Below, one piece after another: positions 18,598-28,417 of a DNA stretch of 64,000 nt. The notes under the pieces are model-generated. The model was not told the DNA's origin, made no database searches, and saw only the letters and a list, made by a program, of their open reading frames with translations. Position 1 is the first letter of the stretch, and each line of letters starts with the position of its first letter. The position numbers and the translations under genes were made by a program. The DNA comes from Candidatus Poribacteria bacterium. GTDB lineage: Bacteria; Poribacteria; WGA-4E; WGA-3G. The stretch spans positions 4,103,389 through 4,167,388 of the forward strand of contig CBDANF010000003.1 of the NCBI GenBank assembly GCA_965197475.1, given 5' to 3'.

Positions 18598-20315
18598 ACA
18601 AACTCTACTTCGGCGATAATCTTGAAATTTTGCGCGAGATGGAGGACGAACGCGTCCATCTAATCTGCACCGATCCACCTTTCAACAGTGGGCGAAACTA
18701 TAACACATTTCTCGGTGACTCCCTTGCACAGAAAAAAGCGTTTACCGATACGTGGACTTGGGACACTACCGCACAAAACACGCGCACCGACATAGAATCA
18801 CGTGCAATTTCCAATGACGCTTACAAAGCACTTGATACCTGCCTCAAAGGATACGACATGGTGTTGCTAAACGCAGTATCTGGCGACAGTGGCGCAATGC
18901 GTGCCTATCTTGCCTTTATGGGACCGCGTCTTGCCGAAATGCACCGTATACTCACCAAAAAGGGGAGTATGTATTTGCACTGCGATCCAACAGCGAGCCA
19001 CTATCTAAAAGGCATGATGGATGCTATCTTCGGCGTAGAGAATTTTAGGAATGAGATTATCTGGCAACGCACAAACGCACATAATGATGGTAAGCAGTAC
19101 GGCAGGGTTCACGATACAATCCTGTTCTATAGCAAAAGTAGCAAAGCAGTATGGAATCCTGTTTATACAGAACATGATCCAGAATATGTAAAGAAGTTTT
19201 ATCGCCACCATGACGAAAGGGGCCTCTACAGAGTTGGTGATTTGTATGCCCCAGGGGTAACACAAGAAGGGGAGTCAGGTAAGCCGTGGCGAGGTATAAA
19301 TCCAAGTGAAGTAGGTAGGCATTGGAGTACACCACGCCGAGAAGCGTGGCCCAAAAGTGTTGAACCGCCAGAGAATTATGAATCGCTCTCGGTTCACGAA
19401 AAATTGGATGTGTTAGATGAAAATGGATTAATTTATTGGCCGCCGAGAGGTAAAGTTCCAGGATTCAAGCGTTACCTATCAACATCAAAAGGAGCAAGAG
19501 TCCACGATGTCATTACAGACATAAATCCACTTGCGCGCGCTTCCAAGGAACGCCTTGGCTATCCCACACAGAAACCGCTTGCGCTTTATGAACGTTTAAT
19601 CAGAGCTTCCAGCAATGAAGGCGATATCGTTTTAGATCCGTTCTGCGGTTGCGGCACAACGATTGATGCAGCACACACGCTCAAACGGCGATGGATGGGT
19701 ATTGACATAACAATTCTCGCGCTGGACCCGATGCGGGAGCGGTTAGCAGATCGGCACGGGTTAAAACCTTCTATTGATTATCAAATTGAAGGGTATCCGA
19801 CCAACATGCAGGAAGTTCACAGGTTGCTGAAAGATGGTGATAAACGCAAGTATCACGACTTCTCAAATTGGGCAGTGACGCGGCTTGGGTTGAGACCGAC
19901 TAAAGATGTCGGCGATGGCGGGCTTGACGGTATTGGGCATGTCACCTTATGGAATCCACAGCAAATGAAAGAGACAGATGCACGCATATTGGCAGAGGTC
20001 AAGACAGGCAAACCGAACATCACACAGGTACGTGCTTTCTGTCATGTGATGGAGGAACACAAAGCGGAAGTCGGTATTTTTATCACGATTGCGCCGGTAA
20101 GTCCGAAAATGCGTCAAATAGCAGAGAATATGGGCAGTTTTGAGCATAACAACAAAACGTATCCCCGACTCCAGTTCTGGCAGTTAGATGATGAATACTT
20201 TAAGAACCCAGATATTATCAACACGCTTGTTCGCTTGCCGGATGCGTGGCGAATCCGACCAACCCAGAAGTCGGGTCGTCATTTTGAGGGGCAGCAGATG
20301 GAATTACTTCGGTAA
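18594..20315 (+). CDS. N6-adenine/N4-cytosine DNA methyltransferase (beta class) fused to a C-terminal Mrr-like REase domain
   Basis: DPPF, YPTQKP, LDPFCGCGTT; C-terminal DGGLDG...AEVKTG; ATGA overlap with the upstream gene. Confidence 0.88.
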   Translation: MNKLYFGDNLEILREMEDERVHLICTDPPFNSGRNYNTFLGDSLAQKKAFTDTWTWDTTAQNTRTDIESRAISNDAYKALDTCLKGYDMVLLNAVSGDSGAMRAYLAFMGPRLAEMHRILTKKGSMYLHCDPTASHYLKGMMDAIFGVENFRNEIIWQRTNAHNDGKQYGRVHDTILFYSKSSKAVWNPVYTEHDPEYVKKFYRHHDERGLYRVGDLYAPGVTQEGESGKPWRGINPSEVGRHWSTPRREAWPKSVEPPENYESLSVHEKLDVLDENGLIYWPPRGKVPGFKRYLSTSKGARVHDVITDINPLARASKERLGYPTQKPLALYERLIRASSNEGDIVLDPFCGCGTTIDAAHTLKRRWMGIDITILALDPMRERLADRHGLKPSIDYQIEGYPTNMQEVHRLLKDGDKRKYHDFSNWAVTRLGLRPTKDVGDGGLDGIGHVTLWNPQQMKETDARILAEVKTGKPNITQVRAFCHVMEEHKAEVGIFITIAPVSPKMRQIAENMGSFEHNNKTYPRLQFWQLDDEYFKNPDIINTLVRLPDAWRIRPTQKSGRHFEGQQMELLR

Positions 20316-20354
20316 ATGGAGTGCTTTTGTCCGCTCGCTCCTACCTATCAACTA

Positions 20355-20957
20355 TCAAGCTTCGGGCAAATTGGCATTCATGAGATACCCAATTGCACCG
20401 AATACCTTTTTTAGCTCATTTATTGTAAGGGCAGTTTCGTTACGCGTAAACTGATTTCCAGCTAATTTTCCGAATTGCCAAAACTCACCATCCGTTACAA
20501 TTCCGTAAACTGTTTTTTTATCGTCATCGTTGATTTTTTGAACGGCAACCAATTCTGCTAAACACTGTCCCCATCCCTTAACAAAGTCGTTCCGTTTTGC
20601 TTCTGCAACGATAATGATTGGAATCCCCGGCACCGTTTTTCCCAACGCAGATTTTGTTGAGACCAGGTAATCAGGCGTGCCACTCAGCACCTCATCGTAA
20701 GAAATCAATTCATGGCTCCACAACGCAAACTATTCTACATAGTTTTTGTACACGTCCCTCAAAACTGGATAAATCACATTTTCACAACGGGCTGCTTCTG
20801 ATGAAAACACGTTGATGTGACGCTGACTGAATTTGAATTCCTCCAAAAATGCTTCGGAAGGTTCAATATCCACGTATTGAATATACTCTGCTTCGGTATA
20901 TTTAATTTTGAAGGCTTCCTGCACTTGGACGATTGAATTGAAATCTGTAAATGCCAT
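20355..20957 (-). pseudogene. PD-(D/E)XK-like hypothetical protein (HsdR-N-like) interrupted by an in-frame TAG
   Basis: MAFTDF..YKNYVE-TAG(20730-32)-FALWSH..GTPDY..AEAK..GWGQC..YGIVTDGEFWQF, all in one frame. Confidence 0.75.
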
Positions 20958-21395
20958 CTGATGAGTCCTAAAATGCTGTGCAACTGTATGTTCCGCTTTG
21001 GATCTTTGCAACAAAATAATACCATGCTTGGAATTGAATGTCAATCGAAATTTAGTTGCGCCAAGCCATTCAATTATCATAAAGCACTCCTTGCAGCAGG
21101 CAGGCTTCTAAGTCCGCCGCCTGCCATAAGCGCATTCTTGGATAAAACAGAGCGAAACCTAACAAAATTGGATTTATGAGATACGCTCTAATATTCAACC
21201 ATTTATTATCATGCGCACAACTTTCGAATTTAACAACAAAAAATGTGTAAGTACCAACTGCGACAAATTGCATTCCTAAATAAGAATAAAAATAATGTAT
21301 AGGGTGAAATAACAGGAACTGCTTCTTTTTTCACGATGAAAAGTGCTGCAAGAACTTGTCATACATTAGTCCTAAACAACATATATTGCAAGGAG

Positions 21396-22540
21396 TTACT
21401 CAAAAATAGCTAATTTGCCATCCTTGACAATCAGGATTTTCGGATCATAAACAGCATCCCCATTTTCGTCAAATGAAAACTTGCCTAATATCGTGTCAAA
21501 ATCGCTGATATTGGCGAGTGCATCCTGAATAGCCGATGCCTCTGTGGATTCAGCGTTGGCAATCGCCTTCGCCAGAATATAAAGTGCTGTGTAAGAACGG
21601 GCAGCGTAGTTGTTTGGCTCTATACCGTACGTTGCAGTATAATTCTCTATAAAGACTTGATTTCCCGGTGTATCAACTGCAGTGCCCCACCCTACGAATG
21701 TAATAGCACCTTCAGCTGCTTCGCCTGCAGCTTCAACATCGGCTTCAGTAAGGTGCGAATGATAAATGTGACAGATATACCGAGTTCGTCAGCTTTGACC
21801 AGAATTCCAGGCTTTTCTGGTGGTAAAGATGAGACAAAAATAGCATCCGGATTTAACGCTTTTAGACGCGTTAACTGCTCCGAAAAATCTTCGGTTTCGC
21901 CACCTCGAAATGTTTCAGTGCCAAGAATTATTACGCCCTTTGCAGTTAGTGCTTCCTTTAACGCTGCGTCTCCATCAACGGAAAAATCATCGGTTTCATC
22001 GTATAGTGTAGCCACCTTTTGATAGCCAAGTTTCGCATGTGTTGCCTGAATACCATTAGGAACTAACACATCTGTGGTAAGCGCGATGCGAAAAACATAA
22101 TCACCAATTGCGCTGAGTCCACGCGCAGCGGATGTCGGACTAATTGCTACAATCTGATTTTCTTGTGCGATTGGAAAAGTCTGTTTAGTTGCACTTGAGG
22201 TCGCGGGACCGAGGATAACAGAGACCTCATCTTCATGAATCAGTTTATTATAAGCCTCAATTGCCCCATCAACGGTGCTCCGATCGTCCTCAATAATAAA
22301 CTTAAGATTTGAATTGGCGAGTTGTATATCGTTTATCTCTTTGAGTGCCAATTCCAAGGCTTGTTGCATAGGTTCGCCAAAAGGGGTGGCAAGCCTCTCT
22401 GTCAGCGGTAAAACTAAACCGATGGGAATTTGTTCACTGGTATCTTCAGAATCTTCCATTTGATCACAAGCCGATAACCATACAAGTATAGCGATAATTG
22501 CTAATACAAACTTAAGTATTTTGTAATTTCTTATGTCCAT
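21396..22540 (-). pseudogene. Branched-chain amino acid ABC substrate-binding lipoprotein (LivJ-like), frameshifted near 21752
   Basis: Lipobox LSAC, IGLVLPLT; continuation LTEADVEAAGE..GKFSFDENGDA..KLAIFE* in another frame; one extra C in ACC restores the frame. Confidence 0.8.
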
Positions 22541-22780
22541 AAAACCCTTTGATGTCTAATTTCTTTGATGCTACGTAAGTGATCTACATGTAAATATATA
22601 ATAGTTATAGACTTTACCATAGTCGGCATTTTATCAGAAGGCAGGTAATGAATCAAGCATAATTTCAGATGTAGTGAATACGGTTTGTAATTCTGCAAGA
22701 ATTTGACATACACTTGACAAACTAACTTTTACAATGTTAAAATTCATTTCAAAACACACAACAAAAAGAAGGTAAACGGG

Positions 22781-23356
22781 ATGCCATACTCAAAATTTTT
22801 CAAACAAATATATTTGAAAGTTAACATAAAAGATGTAACCACGTTTTCCTTGTCAGTAATTTTGATGTGTACTTGTTTATTTTATGTGTCGTGCGGTAAT
22901 CCATTAGAACCAGTAGGTAGTGAAGAGGAAGAACGTGTAAAATCCGAACTGAAAGATCGGTCTTTTCGACAATTTGACCCTTCTAAGGACGCGGATAAAC
23001 GCAAAGGAATTATCCTTGATTTCTTTGACGACAGTGACAAAATAATCAGTCTTTGGGCACAGTATTCTGAAGGTGATACCGCCCTAAAAGAGTGGGAGAT
23101 TTTAGCACAGGATTATCAGGTTGAAAAGGCGGGTTCGGAATATAGAATTTATTTTGAAGAACAGCGTTCACATCAGAATCTTCCTACCGAATGCGACAAT
23201 TGCATAGAAACGTCGGGAATCTCCATTTCGATCCGAAATCTTTTTGATAGCAAGAAGATGCAGTTTAAACTGAACGATCCTGATGGCAGCTTACCCGCAC
23301 CGTTCCCAGTGTTTAAGTCGTGGACACGGTTTAATGAAGATGAATATTTTGATTGA
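22781..23356 (+). CDS. Hypothetical lipoprotein
   Basis: 191-aa ORF with hydrophobic leader and VSC lipobox-like site. Confidence 0.6.
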   Translation: MPYSKFFKQIYLKVNIKDVTTFSLSVILMCTCLFYVSCGNPLEPVGSEEEERVKSELKDRSFRQFDPSKDADKRKGIILDFFDDSDKIISLWAQYSEGDTALKEWEILAQDYQVEKAGSEYRIYFEEQRSHQNLPTECDNCIETSGISISIRNLFDSKKMQFKLNDPDGSLPAPFPVFKSWTRFNEDEYFD

Positions 23357-23555
23357 ATTTTCTAAGATATCTTCAAATGAACTGCAGTGGAATCCTCTCT
23401 AAGATTGCTAATTTCAAGAATGTTCGCTGTTGCAAATCAATCCTACAAGAGTGGAGATAAGTTGAATGTATAAAAGTGTTGACAAACTGTGTGGTTTTTA
23501 CGTAAAATTTGTATAATCAATAACGCAGAATGCATTTAAGAGCAAGGAGTTTAAC

Positions 23556-24335
23556 ATGCTAACGCAAGATCAGGTAGATTTTTACAATGAGAACGGTTAT
23601 CTCAAGGTAGAACAGCTTTTCACACGAGAGGAAACCGAAGAACTTGCATCTGAAATGGTGCAGATCATAAACAATTGGGGACAAGAGACTATTGGGTGGC
23701 CCGGACCGTGGCGAACCAAATACCTCAAAGAGGAAGACCAACAGACCACAAAAGCAGTTTTTATGCACAACCCTCACTTCTATTCTGCTACCTGGGGGAG
23801 AGTGATTTTCCATGAGGGTTTGACGGGGGCAGTGCAGTCACTCATCGGCAACACAGTTCAGTGGCATCACACGGTGCTGCATGCGAAACTACCGGAAAAA
23901 GGCACACCATTTCCAATGCATCAGGACTATCCGTTTTACCCACACGATGGTCTTGATTTCGTTGACTGCCTCGTACATCTTGACGATGCACCTTTTGAAA
24001 GCGGGGCACTAAGGGTTGTGCCAGGTAGCCATAAAGAGGGGCCACGCGAGCATATTACCGGGCATGATACTGCCCCACATCTGCCAACAGATAAATTCCA
24101 TCCTGATTTCATCGACTCAATTCCTATTCCCGCAAAAGCAGGCGATGTTATCTTCTTTAGTTATTGTCTTATCCATTGGTCTGAGGTTAATCGCACAGAT
24201 GAGTGGCGGAAAGCTGTCCGATTCGGGTACCATACACCGGAGATGCGTCCCGTCGGACGAGAACCGAATGAACCATACAACAACATTATGGCGGGTGGTT
24301 TCAAGGTCAATTCCACATCAGACAGGGCTATTTAG
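23556..24335 (+). CDS. Phytanoyl-CoA dioxygenase (PhyH) family 2OG-Fe(II) oxygenase
   Basis: LTQDQVDFYNENGY, HQD, VVPGSH, AGDVIFF..IHWS; SD aaggag. Confidence 0.9.
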   Translation: MLTQDQVDFYNENGYLKVEQLFTREETEELASEMVQIINNWGQETIGWPGPWRTKYLKEEDQQTTKAVFMHNPHFYSATWGRVIFHEGLTGAVQSLIGNTVQWHHTVLHAKLPEKGTPFPMHQDYPFYPHDGLDFVDCLVHLDDAPFESGALRVVPGSHKEGPREHITGHDTAPHLPTDKFHPDFIDSIPIPAKAGDVIFFSYCLIHWSEVNRTDEWRKAVRFGYHTPEMRPVGREPNEPYNNIMAGGFKVNSTSDRAI

Positions 24336-24576
24336 TTTTAAGAATATTCAATTTATGAGTTTTACTGCAAGTTTAGGTTTTGAAGCGAAATATCGTATTG
24401 TCCAGCGATAGCAGTATATCCTGCGAACCGCAATACCGATATTGCGTAATGCTGCCATCATCTGTAAAATGGCACCATATCGGACGGGAGAGGTATCTTC
24501 TCCAAACACAACATCGCGCACCCAGTGGACTTTGTTCTCTATTGTCCACTAGTTACATAATAGACATTATAATGAA

Positions 24577-25019
24577 TTAAATAGAAGGAGTTTCATAACG
24601 CCAGGGTCTGAAGTTTAGGCGAAAATTGTGTAAACCACAACAGGTTTCCATAACTAAATCACAAAACCCTTTCTTCCAATTCCTGAGTTTATCTTTGACA
24701 ATGCGGCATCTTTTGACACCACTAATCGCATGTTCAACGCGTATGCGTATAGACGCTATCTTTCTATTGTTTTCTTTTTCTTCATTCGTCCGTTCTCTAC
24801 CTCTCGGTTTTTTCTTCGGTTGAATGATGTTTATATCCGGGAGAACGAAACCCTGAAAACCGGTATCTTGGGACAATGTGCTACCCTGTGGCACACAATA
24901 GCCCACCATATCGGCTATGTGTTTGTCATGGTGTCTTCCTTCAAAAGAAGGTGTCAATAGGACAACTTTGCAGGTCTCATTGATAATCAAATTATTTTTC
25001 ACTGTATGACATTTCTTTT
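24577..25019 (-). mobile_element. IS5/ISL2-like (DDE_Tnp_4) transposase remnant, 5' part removed at an IS1595 end
   Basis: HDK..QDTGFQG..PKKKPRG..RIRVEHAISGVKRCRI; the frame runs into the IS1595 IR. Confidence 0.75.
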
Positions 25020-26158
25020 CGCAATAAGTCGTTTTGGACTTGGAAGTTTTTATTTTTCAGATTTCTCACGTTATACTTTCGGTGAGAAACTTCTCAAAGA
25101 TGTTGGTTTCTCGGTAGTTATATTTATAGCCTGCCTCTGCGAGATACAGGGGCGTGTATCTTGTTGAGTAGTGGTGTTGTTGTCCATACCATGCCCTCTT
25201 GACGAAAGACCAAAAGCCTTCCATCGTATTGGTATGGATGTCGCCAGCCTCCCATTTCTCACTACGGTTAAGTGTCTCATGTTTCATTTCCTTACCGATT
25301 TCGTTGTAGCCTCTATACTGATCGGTAATGAGTTCAGAATCTTCGGTATTGACGAATCTGTTGATGAAGTCGGAGATCGTCTCACCAGTGGCGTTGGATA
25401 CGAGTTGTGCGATGGCGTGTCCACCACGTGCGACTGCGCCCAGCACGGCATCTTTAGCGGTGCCGCGTCCGCGTTTACGGGGTTCACCATCCTCCCGGTC
25501 ATAGTCTTTGCGACGCTTACCACCGATATAGGTTTCATCTGCTTCAATGACCCCTTGTAGTAGGACATTATCCTTTCCCATCTCTGTGCGTATAGCCATC
25601 ATTAGACACCAAGCAGCTTTCTGTTTCATCCCTAAATCGCGCGCAAGTTGATGGGAGGACAAACTTTTCTTTGCGTTTGCCATGAGAGCGATAGCGAGAA
25701 ACCACTTTTGGAGCGGTATCTTCGTGCCGTGAAATATTGTGCCGTGTGTCACCTTGAATGTAGCACGGCAATCGTGGCAGTTCCAGCGTCCGACACGCCC
25801 AACCTCGCGTTCGTTCCGCCTTCGGGCGTTTAGACTTGGACAATGCGGGCATTCTGGCGATTCTTTCCATCGGAGCCGCTCCAGATATTCGATGCAATCC
25901 TCTTGCGTTGAGAACGTCTTCATCACCTTGATTAAATCCATCAGAAAACACTCCTGTTTTTTGGAGTTGCATTTTTCTGATAGTTTCTGATACAATATCA
26001 GATAAGTGTGAACCAGAAAAGCAACTCGCTTTTTTGAGTTTCAAATAGGGGGTTGATACCCCCTATTTTCTTACTGATATTATACTATGAAAACCCTTTA
26101 TTTACAAGGGTTTAGCGCACTTTTCCAACTTTTGTCAAGTCCAAAACGACTTATTCCG
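25020..26158 (-). mobile_element. IS1595-family element 1 (transposase CDS 25066-25941)
   Basis: IRs cg(c/g)aataagtcgttttggacttg at both ends; CPHC..CHDC, EADETYIGG, ITDQY, HTNTMEGFW; no matching target duplication. Confidence 0.92.
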
Positions 26159-26299
26159 AAATATAATCTGCAATAGCTTACCTTAAAATACCTACAATCC
26201 CCTAAATATACTTAAAAACAATTCATCAGAGTACCTTATCTCAGAATCGAGAGAGAAACGCGCATCATCAAAAAATTACCTATAGGATAAAATAGCAAA

Positions 26300-27040
26300 A
26301 TGCGAGAAGAAGATTTACAAGCACCAGATTCCTTGCAGACACCGCACATTTGTGAAGGCGGAAACCTTGACTGCGGTTCCGGACTACTTCTTCTGATTCG
26401 GAAATCTATGGAAAAAGTGCCGGACGGTGAAGTGCTTGAGATTCGTAGCACAGAGATTAGTGTCAAAGAGGATCTGCCCGCGTGGTGTCGAATGACCGAA
26501 AACCCTTACCTTGGATGGCGACCGGCTGCAGCGCATAACAAATATTTTGTGCAGCGTGGTGAATCGGAGCAGGATGCGGATTCTGCATACGCGCAAGCGC
26601 GGGATTACCGATGGCAAACACGTATCCATTGGGATGGTGGTTTACAGGCGAAAGTTTTCTGCAGAAATCATTCATGGTCGGTGGGACAACCCGCAAGTTT
26701 CGATGTGCGGGATGCTGCACCAAGTGCTGTAGAATATGTTCTCAGTGCACTCGGTGCATGTCTGGCGATGGGGTTTCAGATTCGCGCTTCACAACAGAAG
26801 ATTGAAATTGATGAGTTGGAGATTTCCTTAAGCGGTCAAATTGACAACATCTTTGTCTTTCTTGGCACGGAACAGGGTGGTCATAGCGGTTTTAAAGAGG
26901 TGCGCGGCACAATTTATGTTGCATCGGATGCGGATGACGAGGTTTTGGAAACGCTTTGGGAGGAAACCCTTGCCGCTTCACCCGTAACGAATACGTTGGC
27001 GCGTGATGTTGATATTAACGTAGACCTACGTGTGATTTAA
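26300..27040 (+). CDS. TusA/SirA-like domain fused to OsmC-family domain
   Basis: GGNLDCGSGLLLLIR..GEVLEIRS..DLPAWC; PSAVEYVLSALGACL..SPVTNTL. Confidence 0.8.
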   Translation: MREEDLQAPDSLQTPHICEGGNLDCGSGLLLLIRKSMEKVPDGEVLEIRSTEISVKEDLPAWCRMTENPYLGWRPAAAHNKYFVQRGESEQDADSAYAQARDYRWQTRIHWDGGLQAKVFCRNHSWSVGQPASFDVRDAAPSAVEYVLSALGACLAMGFQIRASQQKIEIDELEISLSGQIDNIFVFLGTEQGGHSGFKEVRGTIYVASDADDEVLETLWEETLAASPVTNTLARDVDINVDLRVI

Positions 27041-27064
27041 AGTAGAATTTCAAAGGAGAAAATT

Positions 27065-27277
27065 ATGACGCAGCTACTTGAAAAAGTGCTTACTGAGGTA
27101 TATAAACTGCCCCCAGAACAGCAGGATGCCATTGCTGCCATCATTCTTGAAGAGCTTGAAGATGAACAGCGATGGGATAAGGCTTTTGCTGAATCACAAG
27201 ATCAACTCGCTCAACTTGCTCAAAAAGTCCGTGCTGACATTAAGGCAGGATGTTTTAAAAAGGAGAGTATTGGTTAA
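27065..27277 (+). CDS. Small antitoxin-like protein; last codons altered by the IS1 insertion
   Basis: MTQLLEK..LPPEQQDAIA..ELEDEQRWDKAF pattern of small putative antitoxins; SD aaggag. Confidence 0.6.
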   Translation: MTQLLEKVLTEVYKLPPEQQDAIAAIILEELEDEQRWDKAFAESQDQLAQLAQKVRADIKAGCFKKESIG

Positions 27278-28038
27278 ATAATGATATTCATGTTTTCTAT
27301 TCCGTCGAGTTTTAAAATGTCAAACACGTTGCCATTGACACGAAATCGTGCGAACAAAGCAATCGTCAAATCCACCATTTCTATGCTTTTGGAAACAATA
27401 ATGGACTTGCGCTTGAAGCGTCCGAACCAGTGGCGCATCCGACCATTGTTGCGTTCAATGCGATGCGTCTCCGCTTTATCCTGAACATGTTTTACGGCAG
27501 GTAGGACCGACTCATAGACCTGCCATTTGTCTGTGTAATATATCTTAGCATTGAGGGTTGAGAGCCTTGCCGTGAGTTTTTCAAGGGTTTGTTTATCACG
27601 CCCACCACATTCCCAGTCAATGAGGTATCCTGTGTTTCTGTCAAGTGCCTTCCATATCCAGAGTTTGTTTTTCTTGTTCCCAATATAGTGCCACATCTCA
27701 TCAAGTTCCAAGCAGGCGGTGGTGCCGGGTGTGAGTGTTTGTTTCGGTGCCTGTTTTTTAGCAAAGGTGCGTATCCATTGAAGCACAGTTGTTACGTGGC
27801 ATCCGACAAGTTTTGAGATAGCATTCATTGAGATGCCGTGGCAATATAAGAGAACGGCGAGAGTTTTCTGTGCTTGTGGTTTCCCCCGGGGTGTTGTGCG
27901 CGTCCATTGATAACCGCAGTTTTTGCATTTATAGCGTTGTTTAGTTTTGACGAACCCGTTTTTGACGAAGTGAGTGTGTTGACATCTTGGGCAATTCTTC
28001 ATGGTGTCCTCTATAGAGCAGCGAGTTTGTTTTCAATA

Positions 28039-28125
28039 AGGATATAGGTTTTAGATACATCTGTCAATCAAAATCAGTTTATTAGTTTGATTTTGATTGA
28101 CAATTTTTGTCATAAGTGTTATCAT
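28039..28125. promoter_or_regulatory. Back-to-back sigma70 promoters sharing a 15-bp inverted repeat inside IS1
   Basis: Minus: TTGACA-17-TATCCT toward the transposase; plus: TTGACA(28097)-17-TATCAT with TGn, toward zorA; IR tgtcaatcaaaatca/tgattttgattgaca. Confidence 0.6.
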
Positions 28126-28139
28126 TAACTCTACTCTAA

Positions 28140-28261
28140 CAGGACTTACGCAATAGGTTCAAAAGTCCCCTTGTAAGGGGGATTTAGGGGGTTAAAAACA
28201 CCGAAATAACGACTTTTTAAGTCCAATACTTCCTTTTTCTCCCCAATTTGCGTAAGTTCTG
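28140..28261. mobile_element. 122-bp MITE nested in IS1
   Basis: IRs caggacttacgcaa / ttgcgtaagttctg; tctaa duplicated on both flanks; internal ccccttgtaaggggg hairpin. Confidence 0.75.
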
Positions 28262-28417
28262 TCTAATTGAAATGTGATGCAGAGTGGTTCAGAGGGTACC
28301 CACTAATTACCGCATCATTATTTAATCAATACCCTCTTAAAAAGAAATGAAGAATAAACATGCATCAGTGCCAATTTATACATCAATCTACTAAAAACTG
28401 TCCTAAAGGCAAATTAT

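Larger units (their letters stand above)
27263..28336 (-). mobile_element. IS1-family element (single-ORF transposase 27274-28002) with 8-bp TSD
   Basis: IRs gag(a/g)gtattg(g/a)ttaaataatgat; TSD ttaaaaag on both sides; CPRC..KNG..QRYKCKNC, ELDEMW, YTDKW, IERNN. Confidence 0.92.

Noticed and set aside
20730-20732. Stop-codon recoding (pyrrolysine or alternative code)
   Set aside because: TAG terminates normal genes in this window (fumC, ispH); no pyl genes seen.
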